Part shown: in pieces, positions 25,626 to 38,800 of the stretch
Layout of the letters: every line of letters begins with the position of its first letter
Position numbering within the stretch: position 1 is the first letter of the stretch
Assembly (NCBI RefSeq): GCF_006345805.1
Contig: NC_043003.1
Coordinates: 43,648,001-43,712,000 of the forward strand
Length of the DNA stretch: 64,000 nucleotides
Reading direction: 5' to 3'
Origin: Octopus sinensis
Lineage: Eukaryota
Program-made: the position numbers and the translations under genes
Notes under the pieces: generated by a model
The model's database searches: none
Seen by the model: the letters and a program-made list of their open reading frames with translations, nothing else
Told to the model about the DNA's origin: nothing

Positions 25626-28447
25626 TGATGCTACGGGCTTATATAATTTAGATAATCTGTGTGTTGTCCATTTGATCAGGTGTATTTACACCTTACCTAT
25701 TTCCGTATGTATATTTTCCTTCGGTATTCAATTTCAAATTATCTACATTACAGTTCTCTAATGCTTCATCATTCCTGTCTTGCTTTACATCATCTCCAAC
25801 ATTTGTATGTTCTGTATTAAATGTCTTGATTCACCTTAGTCTTCAAGTTGTAGTTCAGTGGACTTCAAGTTCTAGTTTAGTCATAGACTGGTCACAAATA
25901 TTTATTTTCGTTACGCTGATTCAGCGGAGAATAGCCCAGCACTTCCGAAATATCCCGTTTATATTTTTTTTACATGAATACCATTTCAATTTAGTGTGTT
26001 ACTGTTGTAGGAAAAACTGCACTCCCTTTCCCACGTGACAGAGTGTTATGTGCAGCCACTAAAAAATCAAGCAACCATCTTGTCAGTAGTAGTAGAGTCA
26101 TTGTACGAGTTTTCAGCTGGAGTCAATGTCAGTTGAGTTATACATACGAGTTCGAGTTACCGTCAAGGTAGACATTTCAAGTCATGTCTTGCAGAGCTCT
26201 CAGCAGTAGCACAATAGATGAGTCGAAGATAGTAAGACGTGGAATATCGCCACAACATAATATTGGTGACAAGAATATTACAGTACCGACAATAATATAC
26301 AAGTGGTACAGGATCCACATTATATCAGTTACTTTGATAAAAGTACCATATTGTCCAGATACACCTCTGAGTTTCTGTTTTTGTTGTTGCTTTTTGACGA
26401 ATGGTTAACCTCAGACAACGTAGGAAATGAAAAAAAGCGGTAATTTTTATTTTTGTCCTCCAACAGCGAGGTAATTTTAAATAGATGATGAATTTCGTTT
26501 CCATGTCATTCAGTACAACCCATGAATGTAAACACACACACACACACACACCACACACACACACACATGCACATACACACATGCACGCACGCACACATAC
26601 ATACACACATATGTATATGTACGTATGTATGTTTGTATGCATGCATGTATACATTAATGAAGTCGTACCGAATCACAGGCACACAATGTTCATTATATAT
26701 TTAAAATTGCCACATGGTCAAATGACGAAAAGAAATATGTAGTGGTACATTTCTGATATGAATTTATCCCGTTGTGATAGACTCCTCTATACGATTATCA
26801 AAAAGCTACTAGAAACATTAGCGATAAGATGAGGTCGGTTATACTCTATATCATTATTGTTGCATCACTTCAAATTGATATGGATCTCCATGAGAAAACA
26901 TTAGCACGAATGCACCAGAAATAAAGAGTAGAGGATTTCTGGATGCAACGGAAGGAGGCATTTTTAACCAGGATATGATTATTGGGAAAACAGCGTTTAA
27001 CTGAATTTGATCGTGAAACAATACGATGGAGGATGGCACAAACTATCGAGCGTCGAAAATATTTGAATAATTTAGAAAATATCAGCTTAAGTTCATGGGC
27101 ACAAAGTCTCAAATTACGCGCTTAATCATGAACTTTATTTGTGGTTCATGCACTATTTTAAGACACATGAATTTCTCTCATAAGAACAAATCTCAGATTT
27201 TTCAGCCAGCATAAATAGAGGTATTTCATTTTTATCTTCAGTATGTAGGAAAATTAAAAATAATGCGTTTCTTTACAATCTTCCACTACCAATAACAGAC
27301 CAGTGTGTATAGGTTGTGTAATAGTCGAGCTTGTATTTATTTCTTTGCTTCTACACGTGTATCACTGGAGACAATAAAACTAGATAATTGACTCAGCTGT
27401 TGAACCATCATGCGTCGAAAGTGAGAAAGAAATAGAATATAGCATATTATCACCGTTGCGCAGCAAAATTTGAAAACAGTAATTAAATGTCGTCTGGAAG
27501 ACTTGTTCTTCTTACTTATTTTAATGCTTATTCCGTGACCGCTTTCCATTTCATAAAAACATCATCACTTTGTCTGATTTGAGAGTTCAGTGATACGTTG
27601 TTGCATATAAACGTAGAACTACATACCTGATGCTGCTTAGAAACATTAAATATATGTTTCCACGTTTCATTACACTGTCAGGTTTAAGAATAATGAGGAT
27701 GCCTTCACAATTCTTATGTTTACAGTATCACAAATGTCTGCTTCATATTCAGCGTATATTTCTCAGCTGGATAATTACAATAATATGCCTTCGAGAAATG
27801 TAGCTAGATAAATTAGTACACGAAGAAATTTAAAATAAAGAGAAATTTGAGCAAAAACCACCGCAGAGCAAATACCTGATTTGCACCAGAAACCACATGT
27901 AGACCAAACAATTAACCCCTCAGTTGTTCGAAGCCTCTGGTTTCACACCTTTGGTTTCACGTGTAGTAGTATTTGATTGTCAGGATCAGCGTCTTCCAAC
28001 TATGATTTATCTGTATAATGTTCTGAATCATGAACAACGAGACACGCGACCATATAATCTCTGAATGTAGCCAAGTGCGATAACGCTGGGGATCTCACTG
28101 GTCAATATGCTGCACATTATGCTTTTCTCACAAGAAGAATTCTGGGAATAACACATGTAGTTAAAGAATGTTTAAGTTACCATCTTTAGGAATTACCGTG
28201 CAGAGAGTGACCGGAAAATTCCAGCTTGCCGGCCAGACACCATTGCGAGTCAGTTATGCTCACAAGAAGTATTCATGCGATATTTTGTGCCCAATCGATA
28301 TAGAAACTAAAGAATTAAGAGGAAAGTTAAAGGTTAGTCATAAACACTGTTTGTCTGGGCCACCAGTCCTCTTTTATGTTACTGCTTTATCGATATGGAG
28401 ATATTAGGATATAAGAGGAGGCACAAGGCTAGCAAAGACAGACAAAA

Positions 28448-28745
28448 TACCTATTTCTTTATTACCCACAAAGGGCTAAACATAGAGGGGACAAACAAGG
28501 ACAGACATAAGTATTAAGTCGATTACATCGACCCCAGTGCGTAACTGGTACTTAATTTATCGACCCCGAAAGAATGAAAGGCAAAGTCAACCTCGGCGGA
28601 ATTTGAACTCACAACGTAACGACAAGCGAAATACCGTTAAGCATTTCGCCCGGCGTGCTAACGTTTCTGCCAGCTCTCCGCCTTTTAAAGACAGGCAAAA
28701 TACCGCTAAGCATTTTTCCCGTTGTAGTAACGCTTCCGTTACCGA
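28448..28745 (-). mobile_element. tRNA-derived SINE, near-complete, plus partial second head
   Basis: Minus strand ggcggagagctggcagaaacgttagcacgccgggcgaaatgcttaacggtatttc...gagttcaaattccgccgagg; same family as 40494-40816. Confidence 0.85.
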
Positions 28746-30289
28746 TATAGACATATTAAAACAGAAGATGAGGAACCGACAGTGAGTTAGATATATGCAA
28801 ACATCTACGCACGTATTAATGGACACAAACCTCACATACGTATATTCAAAGCCTCTAATGCATTTATCTACATATTCACAACCCATGCTTGTCTTCATAT
28901 GTAATAGTATCGGAAATTTTATTTGGTAGTTATATGTATGCATATATGTAAATACATCCATATATATATATATATATTTATATACAAATAATAAGTATCA
29001 CATGTATAAATATATATATGTCTGTGTTTAGGTGTGTGTATATACATTTAAATATATGCAAACATATAACTACCCAACAAAATCTCCGGTACTAATACAC
29101 TTAGCACCACACACAGTTGTATATACGTAGCTGAATGCATGACAGTTTTTGAATGTACATATATAAGAGATTGTGTCCATTATTGCGTGTTTCTTTGCCT
29201 ACATCTTTTATTCGTTAAAACTTATTGAAAATAAATCCAATTTTATTGAATTTCTATTTTTGCTTCTTACAGAAATGTTTTTGCCGGGCATTTCTGTTCT
29301 TCTTCTGTTCCATATAAAATTTGACTCAGAGATATTTGAATCGTTTAATATTAATACAAGAATAGAACATGACATTCCTATGATGGAATTATCATTGTTT
29401 TCCTAATATTCTTCCCGTTTCGTGTAGTTTGTTTATTTCCCAATAATAATGTAATCCAATAACACTTTCTACAGTTAACTTCAAACACAATTGTTTACTT
29501 AACACTTTACATACATTCTACTTTCTGTTTCTTAAAAACTCCTGCAGAATACTTGCTGCTCTAACTAACCGGATTACCAAAAATATTTACTGAATTCACT
29601 GATTTTAGAAGCACACAAACGCACACACACATAATACAATAAGATTGAATGAACAGGCTTTAAACTATATCACCACAGTTGTTTCTATGTATTGGCATCA
29701 GTTAGTAAAGTCACTCACCCAATGACATGCAGGTACCAAATTATTGTCGGGTCATATTTCATATAATATATATATAAAATGAAAAACCCAGCAATTAAGG
29801 GTTGATGTTAATGCAAAGAAATCATTGTAGTGATTTGGATTAAAGCCTGTTCATTCCATCTTTTTGTATTCTAATATGTTGTGTGAATTCTTTCTACACT
29901 CACGGATGTCCTCCTGTGTATCTAGAAAATAGAGATTTCCTGCTGCATGCCAGCATATGATATGGTAGACGATATTTGTTGAGAAACTCTGGAAATCACG
30001 TAATAAGGCTGTTACCCAGTCACTCTTACCATGCTTTCTGATAGAATCTTCTGTGCGTAAAAATGTGACCTCCTTGCGACAATGTAAACCTTATTTAATC
30101 AATATACCCTTGGCCCAACGAGGAGCCTGCTGCATGCACCTAGCTTGCATATTTACCTCTTCCGAGGTTCCGCCACCTTCATCGTGGACAATATTGGGAT
30201 ATAAGGAAGAAACACCCATGCCTCGAAAAGCGGTCAAACAAAAGTTTTCCATCTAAGTTTCTCTATAGACTTTTGAGGTTGGTGTTACA

Positions 30290-31180
30290 AAGTAACTTAA
30301 GGAAGTTTAGACAAACATTTTACCATCAGACGAGTGGTTGCGCTATGGTCCCCCACCGGCAGTTAGCTTCGTGAATGTCTGCATGACACAATTCGAATAC
30401 AGTGTCTGGAGACATTTAAATCCCTATATGGCCATGAACGAATACTCTGGTTACAGTTCATTGATGACGTCTTGTTTGTCTGGGAAGAATCACAGTATAG
30501 TTTAATCGACTTCCTGCATTGCTGTGGGACTGTTATGCCAAATCTATGGCTTTAAGTCCAACATAAAATTTACGTCTAATATTTCAAAACCTAGCGTTAA
30601 ACTTTTGGACACAAAAGTTAAGATTTCTGGAGGCAGAATAGTGACAGAATTATTTTGCAAGCCCACATCATCCAAAATTTACCTCCACCGCCGTTCCGAT
30701 CATCCACGTGATATAATTCGGTTAAATCCAAAATACCAATTTTTAAGTATAAAGCGGATTTCTAATGAGATAGAGAGTTACTTGAAACATGCAAATGCTT
30801 TTGTACACAATTATATCGAACGTGGTTACAGTGAATCACGATTAAAGGAAATATCAAATAACATAGTAAGATTACCCAAGAAACTCAAACTTTGAAGCAT
30901 AATTTTAGCAAAGTACAATATGTGACATGATTCAGTTAGTGATTAAATGAAAGAAATTTCGCTGACATTTCAAAAGTGGTACATGAAAGTTACCAGCATT
31001 TTAGAGGAAAATATTCTCGTTTGAAATAAATATTTCCTCAGCTACCTATTGTAGCTTTTAGACGGAATAAAAACATAAGAGAACTATTAACCTCTACTTC
31101 TGACTCTAAGGAAACTAACACTGGAGCTTCAACATGCAGTACCTTCAAAAACAGCCACAAGAGAGTTAAGCTCTATTCAT
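30290..31180 (+). mobile_element. Penelope-like element RT fragment
   Basis: LWLQFIDDVLFVW (catalytic), KFTSNIS..VKLLDTKV..TELFCKPT..YLH..SDHP, and linker PIVAFRRNKNIRELL. Confidence 0.85.
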
Positions 31181-31361
31181 TGTGCAAATATATATATACA
31201 TATATATATATATAATTTATATATAGAGGGCATTATACATACATGCCAGATGGCATTATACATACATGCCACACGCTAAGAGGGACAATTAGTCATTTCT
31301 ACCAAAAATATTACTAATCCCACCGAATGCAATTTTTCAAAGTAAGACATTTAAAAAATAT

Positions 31362-31409
31362 AGACCTGTATCACAGTGATTTCATACTTACGTATTCATC
31401 AGCAGGCCT
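31362..31409 (-). ncRNA. Complete type I hammerhead ribozyme, copy 1
   Basis: AGGCCTG-CTGATGA-ATAC(GTAA)GTAT-GAAA-TCACTGTGA-TA-CAGGTCT: full core, 7-bp stem I (one G-U), 4-bp stem II with GNRA loop, quasi-palindromic stem III, AUA cleavage triplet (cut 31369/31368). Confidence 0.88.
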
Positions 31410-31714
31410 GGATGTATCATACATAAACGACCCTGCCTCGCTTAAGCCGATCAGCTAACTGATCAACATCAACGAAGCACATGGGTGAGTTTACATGTAT
31501 TACATCCTGTAAATGTAATATATATAAATTAATATGTTCAATAAGAAATAATTATTCAATAATTATTCAATAATTATTCAATAAGAAATGCAATTCGTAA
31601 AAGTCTGACATTTACAGGATGTAATACATGTAAACTCACCCATGTGCTTCGTTGATGTTGATCAGTTAGCTGATCGGCTTAAGCGAGGCAGGGTCGTTTA
31701 TGTATGATACATCC

Positions 31715-31744
31715 AGGCCTGCTGATGAATACGTAAGTATGAAA
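31715..31744 (+). other. Truncated hammerhead (stem I 5' strand, core, stem II, GAAA only); also 32531-32560 and 33347-33376
   Basis: aggcctgCTGATGAatacgtaagtatGAAA is followed directly by aattgc; stem III, cleavage site and 3' stem I are missing. Confidence 0.85.
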
Positions 31745-31980
31745 AATTGCATTCGGTGGGATTAGTAATATTTTTGGTAGAAATGACTAATTGTCCCTCT
31801 TAGCGTGTGGCATGTATGTATAATGCCATCTGGCATGTATGTATAATGCCCTCTATATATAAATTAATATGTTCAATAAGAAATAATTATTTTCGAAATG
31901 TTTTCTCTTATGAGGTTTTCACGCTATCTACCTGACAATTTCTTGTTAAGTTTTCCTTATTAAGTAGTTGTCCTTAATTG

Positions 31981-32022
<42 letters not shown>

Positions 32023-32177
32023 TATATATAATTTATATATAGAGGGCATTATACATACATGCCAGATGGCATTATACATACATGCCACACGCTAAGAGGG
32101 ACAATTAGTCATTTCTACCAAAAATATTACTAATCCCACCGAATGCAATTTTTCAAAGTAAGACATTTAAAAAATAT

Positions 32178-32225
32178 AGACCTGTATCACAGTGATTTCA
32201 TACTTACGTATTCATCAGCAGGCCT
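32178..32225 (-). ncRNA. Complete type I hammerhead ribozyme, copy 2
   Basis: Identical to 31362-31409. Confidence 0.88.
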
Positions 32226-32796
32226 GGATGTATCATACATAAACGACCCTGCCTCGCTTAAGCCGATCAGCTAACTGATCAACATCAACGAAGCACATGG
32301 GTGAGTTTACATGTATTACATCCTGTAAATGTAATATATATAAATTAATATGTTCAATAAGAAATAATTATTCAATAATTATTCAATAATTATTCAATAA
32401 GAAATGCAATTCGTAAAAGTCTGACATTTACAGGATGTAATACATGTAAACTCACCCATGTGCTTCGTTGATGTTGATCAGTTAGCTGATCGGCTTAAGC
32501 GAGGCAGGGTCGTTTATGTATGATACATCCAGGCCTGCTGATGAATACGTAAGTATGAAAAATTGCATTCGGTGGGATTAGTAATATTTTTGGTAGAAAT
32601 GACTAATTGTCCCTCTTAGCGTGTGGCATGTATGTATAATGCCATCTGGCATGTATGTATAATGCCCTCTATATATAAATTAATATGTTCAATAAGAAAT
32701 AATTATTTTCGAAATGTTTTCTCTTATGAGGTTTTCACGCTATCTACCTGACAATTTCTTGTTAAGTTTTCCTTATTAAGTAGTTGTCCTTAATTG

Positions 32797-32838
<42 letters not shown>

Positions 32839-32993
32839 TATATATAATTTATATATAGAGGGCATTATACATACATGCCAGATGGCATTATACATACATG
32901 CCACACGCTAAGAGGGACAATTAGTCATTTCTACCAAAAATATTACTAATCCCACCGAATGCAATTTTTCAAAGTAAGACATTTAAAAAATAT

Positions 32994-33041
32994 AGACCTG
33001 TATCACAGTGATTTCATACTTACGTATTCATCAGCAGGCCT
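32994..33041 (-). ncRNA. Complete type I hammerhead ribozyme, copy 3
   Basis: Identical to 31362-31409. Confidence 0.88.
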
Positions 33042-33612
33042 GGATGTATCATACATAAACGACCCTGCCTCGCTTAAGCCGATCAGCTAACTGATCAACA
33101 TCAACGAAGCACATGGGTGAGTTTACATGTATTACATCCTGTAAATGTAATATATATAAATTAATATGTTCAATAAGAAATAATTATTCAATAATTATTC
33201 AATAATTATTCAATAAGAAATGCAATTCGTAAAAGTCTGACATTTACAGGATGTAATACATGTAAACTCACCCATGTGCTTCGTTGATGTTGATCAGTTA
33301 GCTGATCGGCTTAAGCGAGGCAGGGTCGTTTATGTATGATACATCCAGGCCTGCTGATGAATACGTAAGTATGAAAAATTGCATTCGGTGGGATTAGTAA
33401 TATTTTTGGTAGAAATGACTAATTGTCCCTCTTAGCGTGTGGCATGTATGTATAATGCCATCTGGCATGTATGTATAATGCCCTCTATATATAAATTAAT
33501 ATGTTCAATAAGAAATAATTATTTTCGAAATGTTTTCTCTTATGAGGTTTTCACGCTATCTACCTGACAATTTCTTGTTAAGTTTTCCTTATTAAGTAGT
33601 TGTCCTTAATTG

Positions 33613-33666
<54 letters not shown>

Positions 33667-33689
33667 CTAGCGAATTCCATCAAGAGTCA

Positions 33690-34170
33690 TGAGGAAATGT
33701 TATGATTTACAGCTAAGGCGGTACGTGCAGAGATTCCCATTTGGTGTGCACAGCAGAGTGCGCAAGACACAACTTGGTTTATGTTGGTTGTACAACAGAA
33801 CAATTAAACAAAAATCGAATGGGCACAGATGTGACATCAGGCATATTAACAATAGTTCGACAGAACTTGCCGAATATTTTACATCAAACCGCTGCAATTT
33901 TGAAAAAAGCTTGAAAGTGCATATTCTCAGAAATACTTGGAAATTGTAGACTGATGATGTCATTCCGTCAAGCTGGGAACGCTGCTTCTCGTCGTTCAAA
34001 TTTTGGATTTGAATTTCTATAATTTTGAATTGATATGTATCACTTTTTATTTTGAATTCGACAAAAACAGGATGGCTGTCGAAATATCATTGGACCAATA
34101 ACATATCTAGAGCAATCACATCGCGATTTTCCTTTTATCTTCACTCGTGAAGAGTTACGTCAATCCTTTT
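33690..34170 (+). mobile_element. Penelope-like GIY-YIG fragment, likely the continuation of 30290-31180
   Basis: HLVCTAECARHNLVYVGCTT / TIKQKSNGHRCDIR..ELAEYF..LKVHIL across a frameshift. Confidence 0.75.
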
Positions 34171-34175
34171 TAAAA

Positions 34176-34260
<85 letters not shown>

Positions 34261-34327
34261 GTTATTATTGTTATTGTTATTGTTATTGTTGTTGTTGTTG
34301 TTGCTGTTGTTGTTGTTGTTGTTGTTG

Positions 34328-34362
<35 letters not shown>

Positions 34363-34371
34363 GAGTGAGAG

Positions 34372-34800
34372 AGCAGTTCATGCCATCAAAGTGACACTGG
34401 GGTAAAATATACGAAGCCCAATATACCCATCATGACTACCCGTCTGATAAAGGTACACCAGGCACATGCATCACAACCATATGTGCGCGACATGGTGATC
34501 TCATATCAAGATAAACAGCACATGACCTTGAAGGTGGGGCCCTGTTTGAATTTTCTTCAGGTTGAGTAGCCCATCCCGCTCAAACGGTCCCCGAATAAGG
34601 GTTGTTTAAGGATGTTGAAAGAACCACCCATGTTTCCAGAGGTGAACTATTCAAACCCCAAAGCATCCCTCTATGATGCTCCCCCACTACTTCTGCTCGT
34701 GATCAGAGATGCACATATCGTCAGCCACTAAGGGACATGCTCAACTGGTTAAGGTCAAACAACTGACAAGCAAATCTGTGGTATTGAGCAGAATATTTGC
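34372..34800. mobile_element. Interspersed repeat between (ATT)n/(GTT)n arrays, family not assigned
   Basis: GC-richer unique-looking block flanked by trinucleotide arrays; I recognise it only as a common octopus-type repeat. Confidence 0.4.
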
Positions 34801-34801
34801 T

Positions 34802-34860
<59 letters not shown>

Positions 34861-34863
34861 GTT

Positions 34864-34896
<33 letters not shown>

Positions 34897-34930
34897 GTCA
34901 TTGTTATTGTTATTGTTATTGTTGTTGTTG

Positions 34931-34961
<31 letters not shown>

Positions 34962-35094
34962 ATTATTATTATTATTATATTATTATTATTATTATTACTG
35001 TTGTTGTTGCTGCGTTTGCACAACTTCTGACGCTGGAGATGTATTACAGTGTCAGCTGTTCACTACCAGTGAACTAAGGTAAAACCTTATTTTT

Positions 35095-35746
35095 GAACAC
35101 CTTTCAGAGTATTCAAGCAGTTCCAATCAGTGCTGTTTTCTGCAAGTGCTCCAAACATATTGCAGACATTATTCGTTCCACGTACTTTTCGAGATTTTTG
35201 TTCACTGTTCCCAGGGCTCCCACAATTATTGGTACTACTGCTATTTATTTCCGCGACCACAACTGCTTAACTTCCCAAGTTAACCTGTCATATCTCTCGT
35301 CTTTCTTGTTAATCGCATACTTTGTTGTCCGGCCTTCTTTTCTCTATCTCATGGTCGCACTCAGTCATAAAATCCCATAGGATCTTTGCATTTCCATTTT
35401 CGACGATGCCTTCAGGTTTCTGGTCGTTCTAATTTTTGTTCTGTCAAGTCCATACTTGTTGCAAAGTGTCCAACGAAAAAGCCTGGCTATAATGTCGTGG
35501 CATCTCTTATATTCCTTCTGGGCTAGTGGCGTACATTGGCTGATAATATGCCTTCCGGTTTCACCGTTTTCTCCACAAATTCTGCACTTATCACTTCCTG
35601 TTGTGTTGTCTATTCTGTATCTTATGTAGGGTGTTCTTAGTGGTTGCCCTTAGGTAGCACATATCAGAACCTCCGTTTCCGGCTTTAAATCACTTGTAGT
35701 CAAACACAGCCATCTTTTACTCTGCTTGCCTTATCTTCAACGTCCC

Positions 35747-35812
<66 letters not shown>

Positions 35813-35826
35813 CATTATTATTATTC

Positions 35827-35877
<51 letters not shown>

Positions 35878-38800
35878 ATGTAATTATTATCATTGAAAAA
35901 TTAGTCCATGCTAAGTATATTAGCAGTGATATCTCAAATTTCATGAATCTATCTAGGATTCTTGCTGCGTATATGATGGCATTCGTTTGTAAGCCGATAC
36001 TACTCATCCCATCTTCAGATTTTGGGGTCGAAGAGTAAGTATTTTTTTCTAGTGAATCAATTACTCTAAGAGAAATTATTACATTTGCGTTTCACAATTT
36101 TATCCTGTCTGTGGCTTGTTACTAATATTAATCTCATTTTCTTTGAAACCCAGTGTAATACAGTCTCTTGTTTTAGTTATTCTTTGCTATAATATCTGAT
36201 ATTTTTTCGTATATTATATGATCAGTCTTTATACGGAAATCCTATAAAATTTTGTAATTAGTGATCTGTAATACAGTCAACAGCCACTTTTCATGTTACG
36301 TTTCGGTTTCAGTCTCCATACAATTTATCAACACCACGTATTCATTTCCCTATACATTCTTGCATGCGCTTACACGCGCGTTAGATTCCACCATTTAAGT
36401 AAGGAATAGTGATTTCTTTTGGTCTCCATTCCCACAAATTCTGCATTTACTTCCTAACTGAGTCACAATCTTTGCCTTTATCATATTTATTCTAATGCTT
36501 CATTACTGAGCGACTATAATCGACATTTCAAGTTGCTTCTTTCATGACTCCAGGTATCAACTGAAACCAGCGTTTTTTTACTTGTAAGATTTCCGATTGG
36601 TACAAGAGTACGTTAAATAATTCCTCCTCTTCCCAACTGTTTGTTTGAGCCTTCATGTTCCCTGTTATATATTTTCTTACTGATTCAATTACATTTTAGA
36701 TATTTCGGGCTACAGATATTATTCAATAATCACTGATCACAACTTACTTTGCCAAACAACAGATGATAGTAATGATGGTATCTTCTGTGGCTCATAAAAT
36801 TCTGTTTGCTTCCTTTCTCAATAAGTAGGTGCTGGTGACATTTATGATGGTACGCGAAATGTTTTGTGCACTGCTTCCTTATGTTTTCCATTTAATTTCT
36901 TAAAACCTTTATTTTACAACTTCATAAAATGAGTAGTATCTCTTTAGTAACATTGTACATGAATTGATTGCTTTGATGACATTCACTTACTTTACCTTTG
37001 TTCCTAATCCTTTACTTCTACTCTTTGGGTTTTTTCCATCCTATTATTTTTCTCACTTAACTCGTCATCCCTCAGCATTCCTAGGTATTCGTATCCTTCA
37101 GTATCTCTTCGCCATTTAATGATATCCTCAAGCAGTATCCTAATACCAATGTATTTAAACTTTCATCTCATCTTCATAATTAAACTGGGCACTTATTTAT
37201 CCCAAATTACGTACTGATATCTTTGTTAAGTATTCTTACGGTTTGGAGTGGTGTATCCAATCCCTTTTCATTTTCGTTTACACTTTCAGATGATATATAT
37301 GTAGAGCGGACTCTTAAAATACTCGTTTTAGCAAGATGATTGTCAGACTAGAATTTTTTTCAGTATACTAGTCGTGGGGATTAACTTAACCATGAAAAGT
37401 AATTGAGAAAGCTAGTCTCACTGAAATATTTTCCCATTTCCAAATGACTCCGTCTACATTATATTTCTAGTTCCTAAAAGCTCATTGCATTTATTCCGGC
37501 TCAAAACCACTTGGTGTGAAATGCCGCCAACATTATCTTTTACTACTACCCATCCTGGGTCTATAAAACAAATACCATTCAATTAGTGGGATGGATGGTG
37601 CCAAGTAACATTATCTCCTTAAAATTGTTGTCCTCGTACCTAAATCAGAATTGCTTTCCAGCATTCTATATTCAGAGTTTAAATTCCAACTTTTATCTGT
37701 CCATGGCCGATAAATTAAAGTGTTTGTGATGTACTAATAGATGTTATCAACTAATCCCTCTCCCCAATGATGTTAGCATAAACCTGAATTTGAAGCCTCC
37801 ACTACTATAATTATCATCATCAACATCATCCTCCTCCTCATCATCATGATCATCAACTTCATCATAATATATCCAGCAGTACACCATCCGTCTTTAGATT
37901 GTAAATTCAGCTTCCGCCGAGGTCAACTTTATATTTCATTCTTTCAGGGTCGATAAAATAAGTGCAATTTGAAAAATGGAGTTATCGACCAGCCCAACAC
38001 GCAAAATATGCGGTCGCATCGCATTCATGTTTGATACTCTGCACGCGGTATTTCTATGTTTATTATTTTTGACGTTGATTTTCTAGCAATAACAAGTCAT
38101 TTGTTTCTGTATTATACTGAGCTCTCCATATATTCTTCCGTATTTTTTAGAATTCCTCTTTGATTTCTTATAATATATTTAATATTTTATTGTTTTGTGT
38201 AATTATACTTCACAAAAGATCGTAAGATTTATTATGCAAATTAATAATTTATATCTTCAACTATTCTTTTAGAAGATACATCTAACTCTCAGTGGGTGTT
38301 CTCCTTTTTATAAAGTGGATGCCTTCAGAAGCGCTGATGGGCTTTATGGGCTTAATTTTCCTGTGGTGCAGCGGATGTCTCTTTACTTTCTCCGATTGCT
38401 TTTGTCTTAATCTCAATGTACACAATGTATTTCACTCTATCCAATCTTTGCATTGTGCTAAATGTTTTGTTGCTTCTCTTAACTCACAATGTCCTCAGCA
38501 ATGTCGTAATACGATGCTGTGAAATTACTGGTTGTAACAAAAGTGTTTACACTTAATCTTCGATAAAACGTTGCAGAAAATTTGGCGAATTTTTCAACCC
38601 TCTTCGGACCTGCACTTGATCAGGATATTTGCGGTATTGGAAGAAAAAAGATATGGGATCTGCTCTTATTATTGCTGATTCTGCCGTTATTCGCCTCTGT
38701 CTATCTCTCATGCTAATCCTTCGAGGCCGAAATTCTTTATCCCTCATATCACAAACGCTCTCTTCCTTGCACCGCATATCTCATTGCTTTTTTCTTCTAC

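Larger units (their letters stand above)
31213..33660. repeat. Tandem trimer of an 816-bp foldback unit (unit starts 31213, 32029, 32845) embedded in (TA)n
   Basis: Exact 816-bp period at several landmarks (agaggg at 31225/32041/32857; c at 31981/32797/33613). Arms: A 31213-31339 with A' 31740-31866 (127 bp); B 31385-31516 with B' 31608-31739 (132 bp); 45-bp bulge; 91-bp loop. Confidence 0.95.

Noticed and set aside
31213-33660. CRISPR-like array or classical MITE interpretation of the 816-bp trimer
   Set aside because: No repeat-spacer alternation and the context is eukaryotic; there is no TSD and the arms are ribozyme-bearing, which fits a pLTR/retrozyme origin better.
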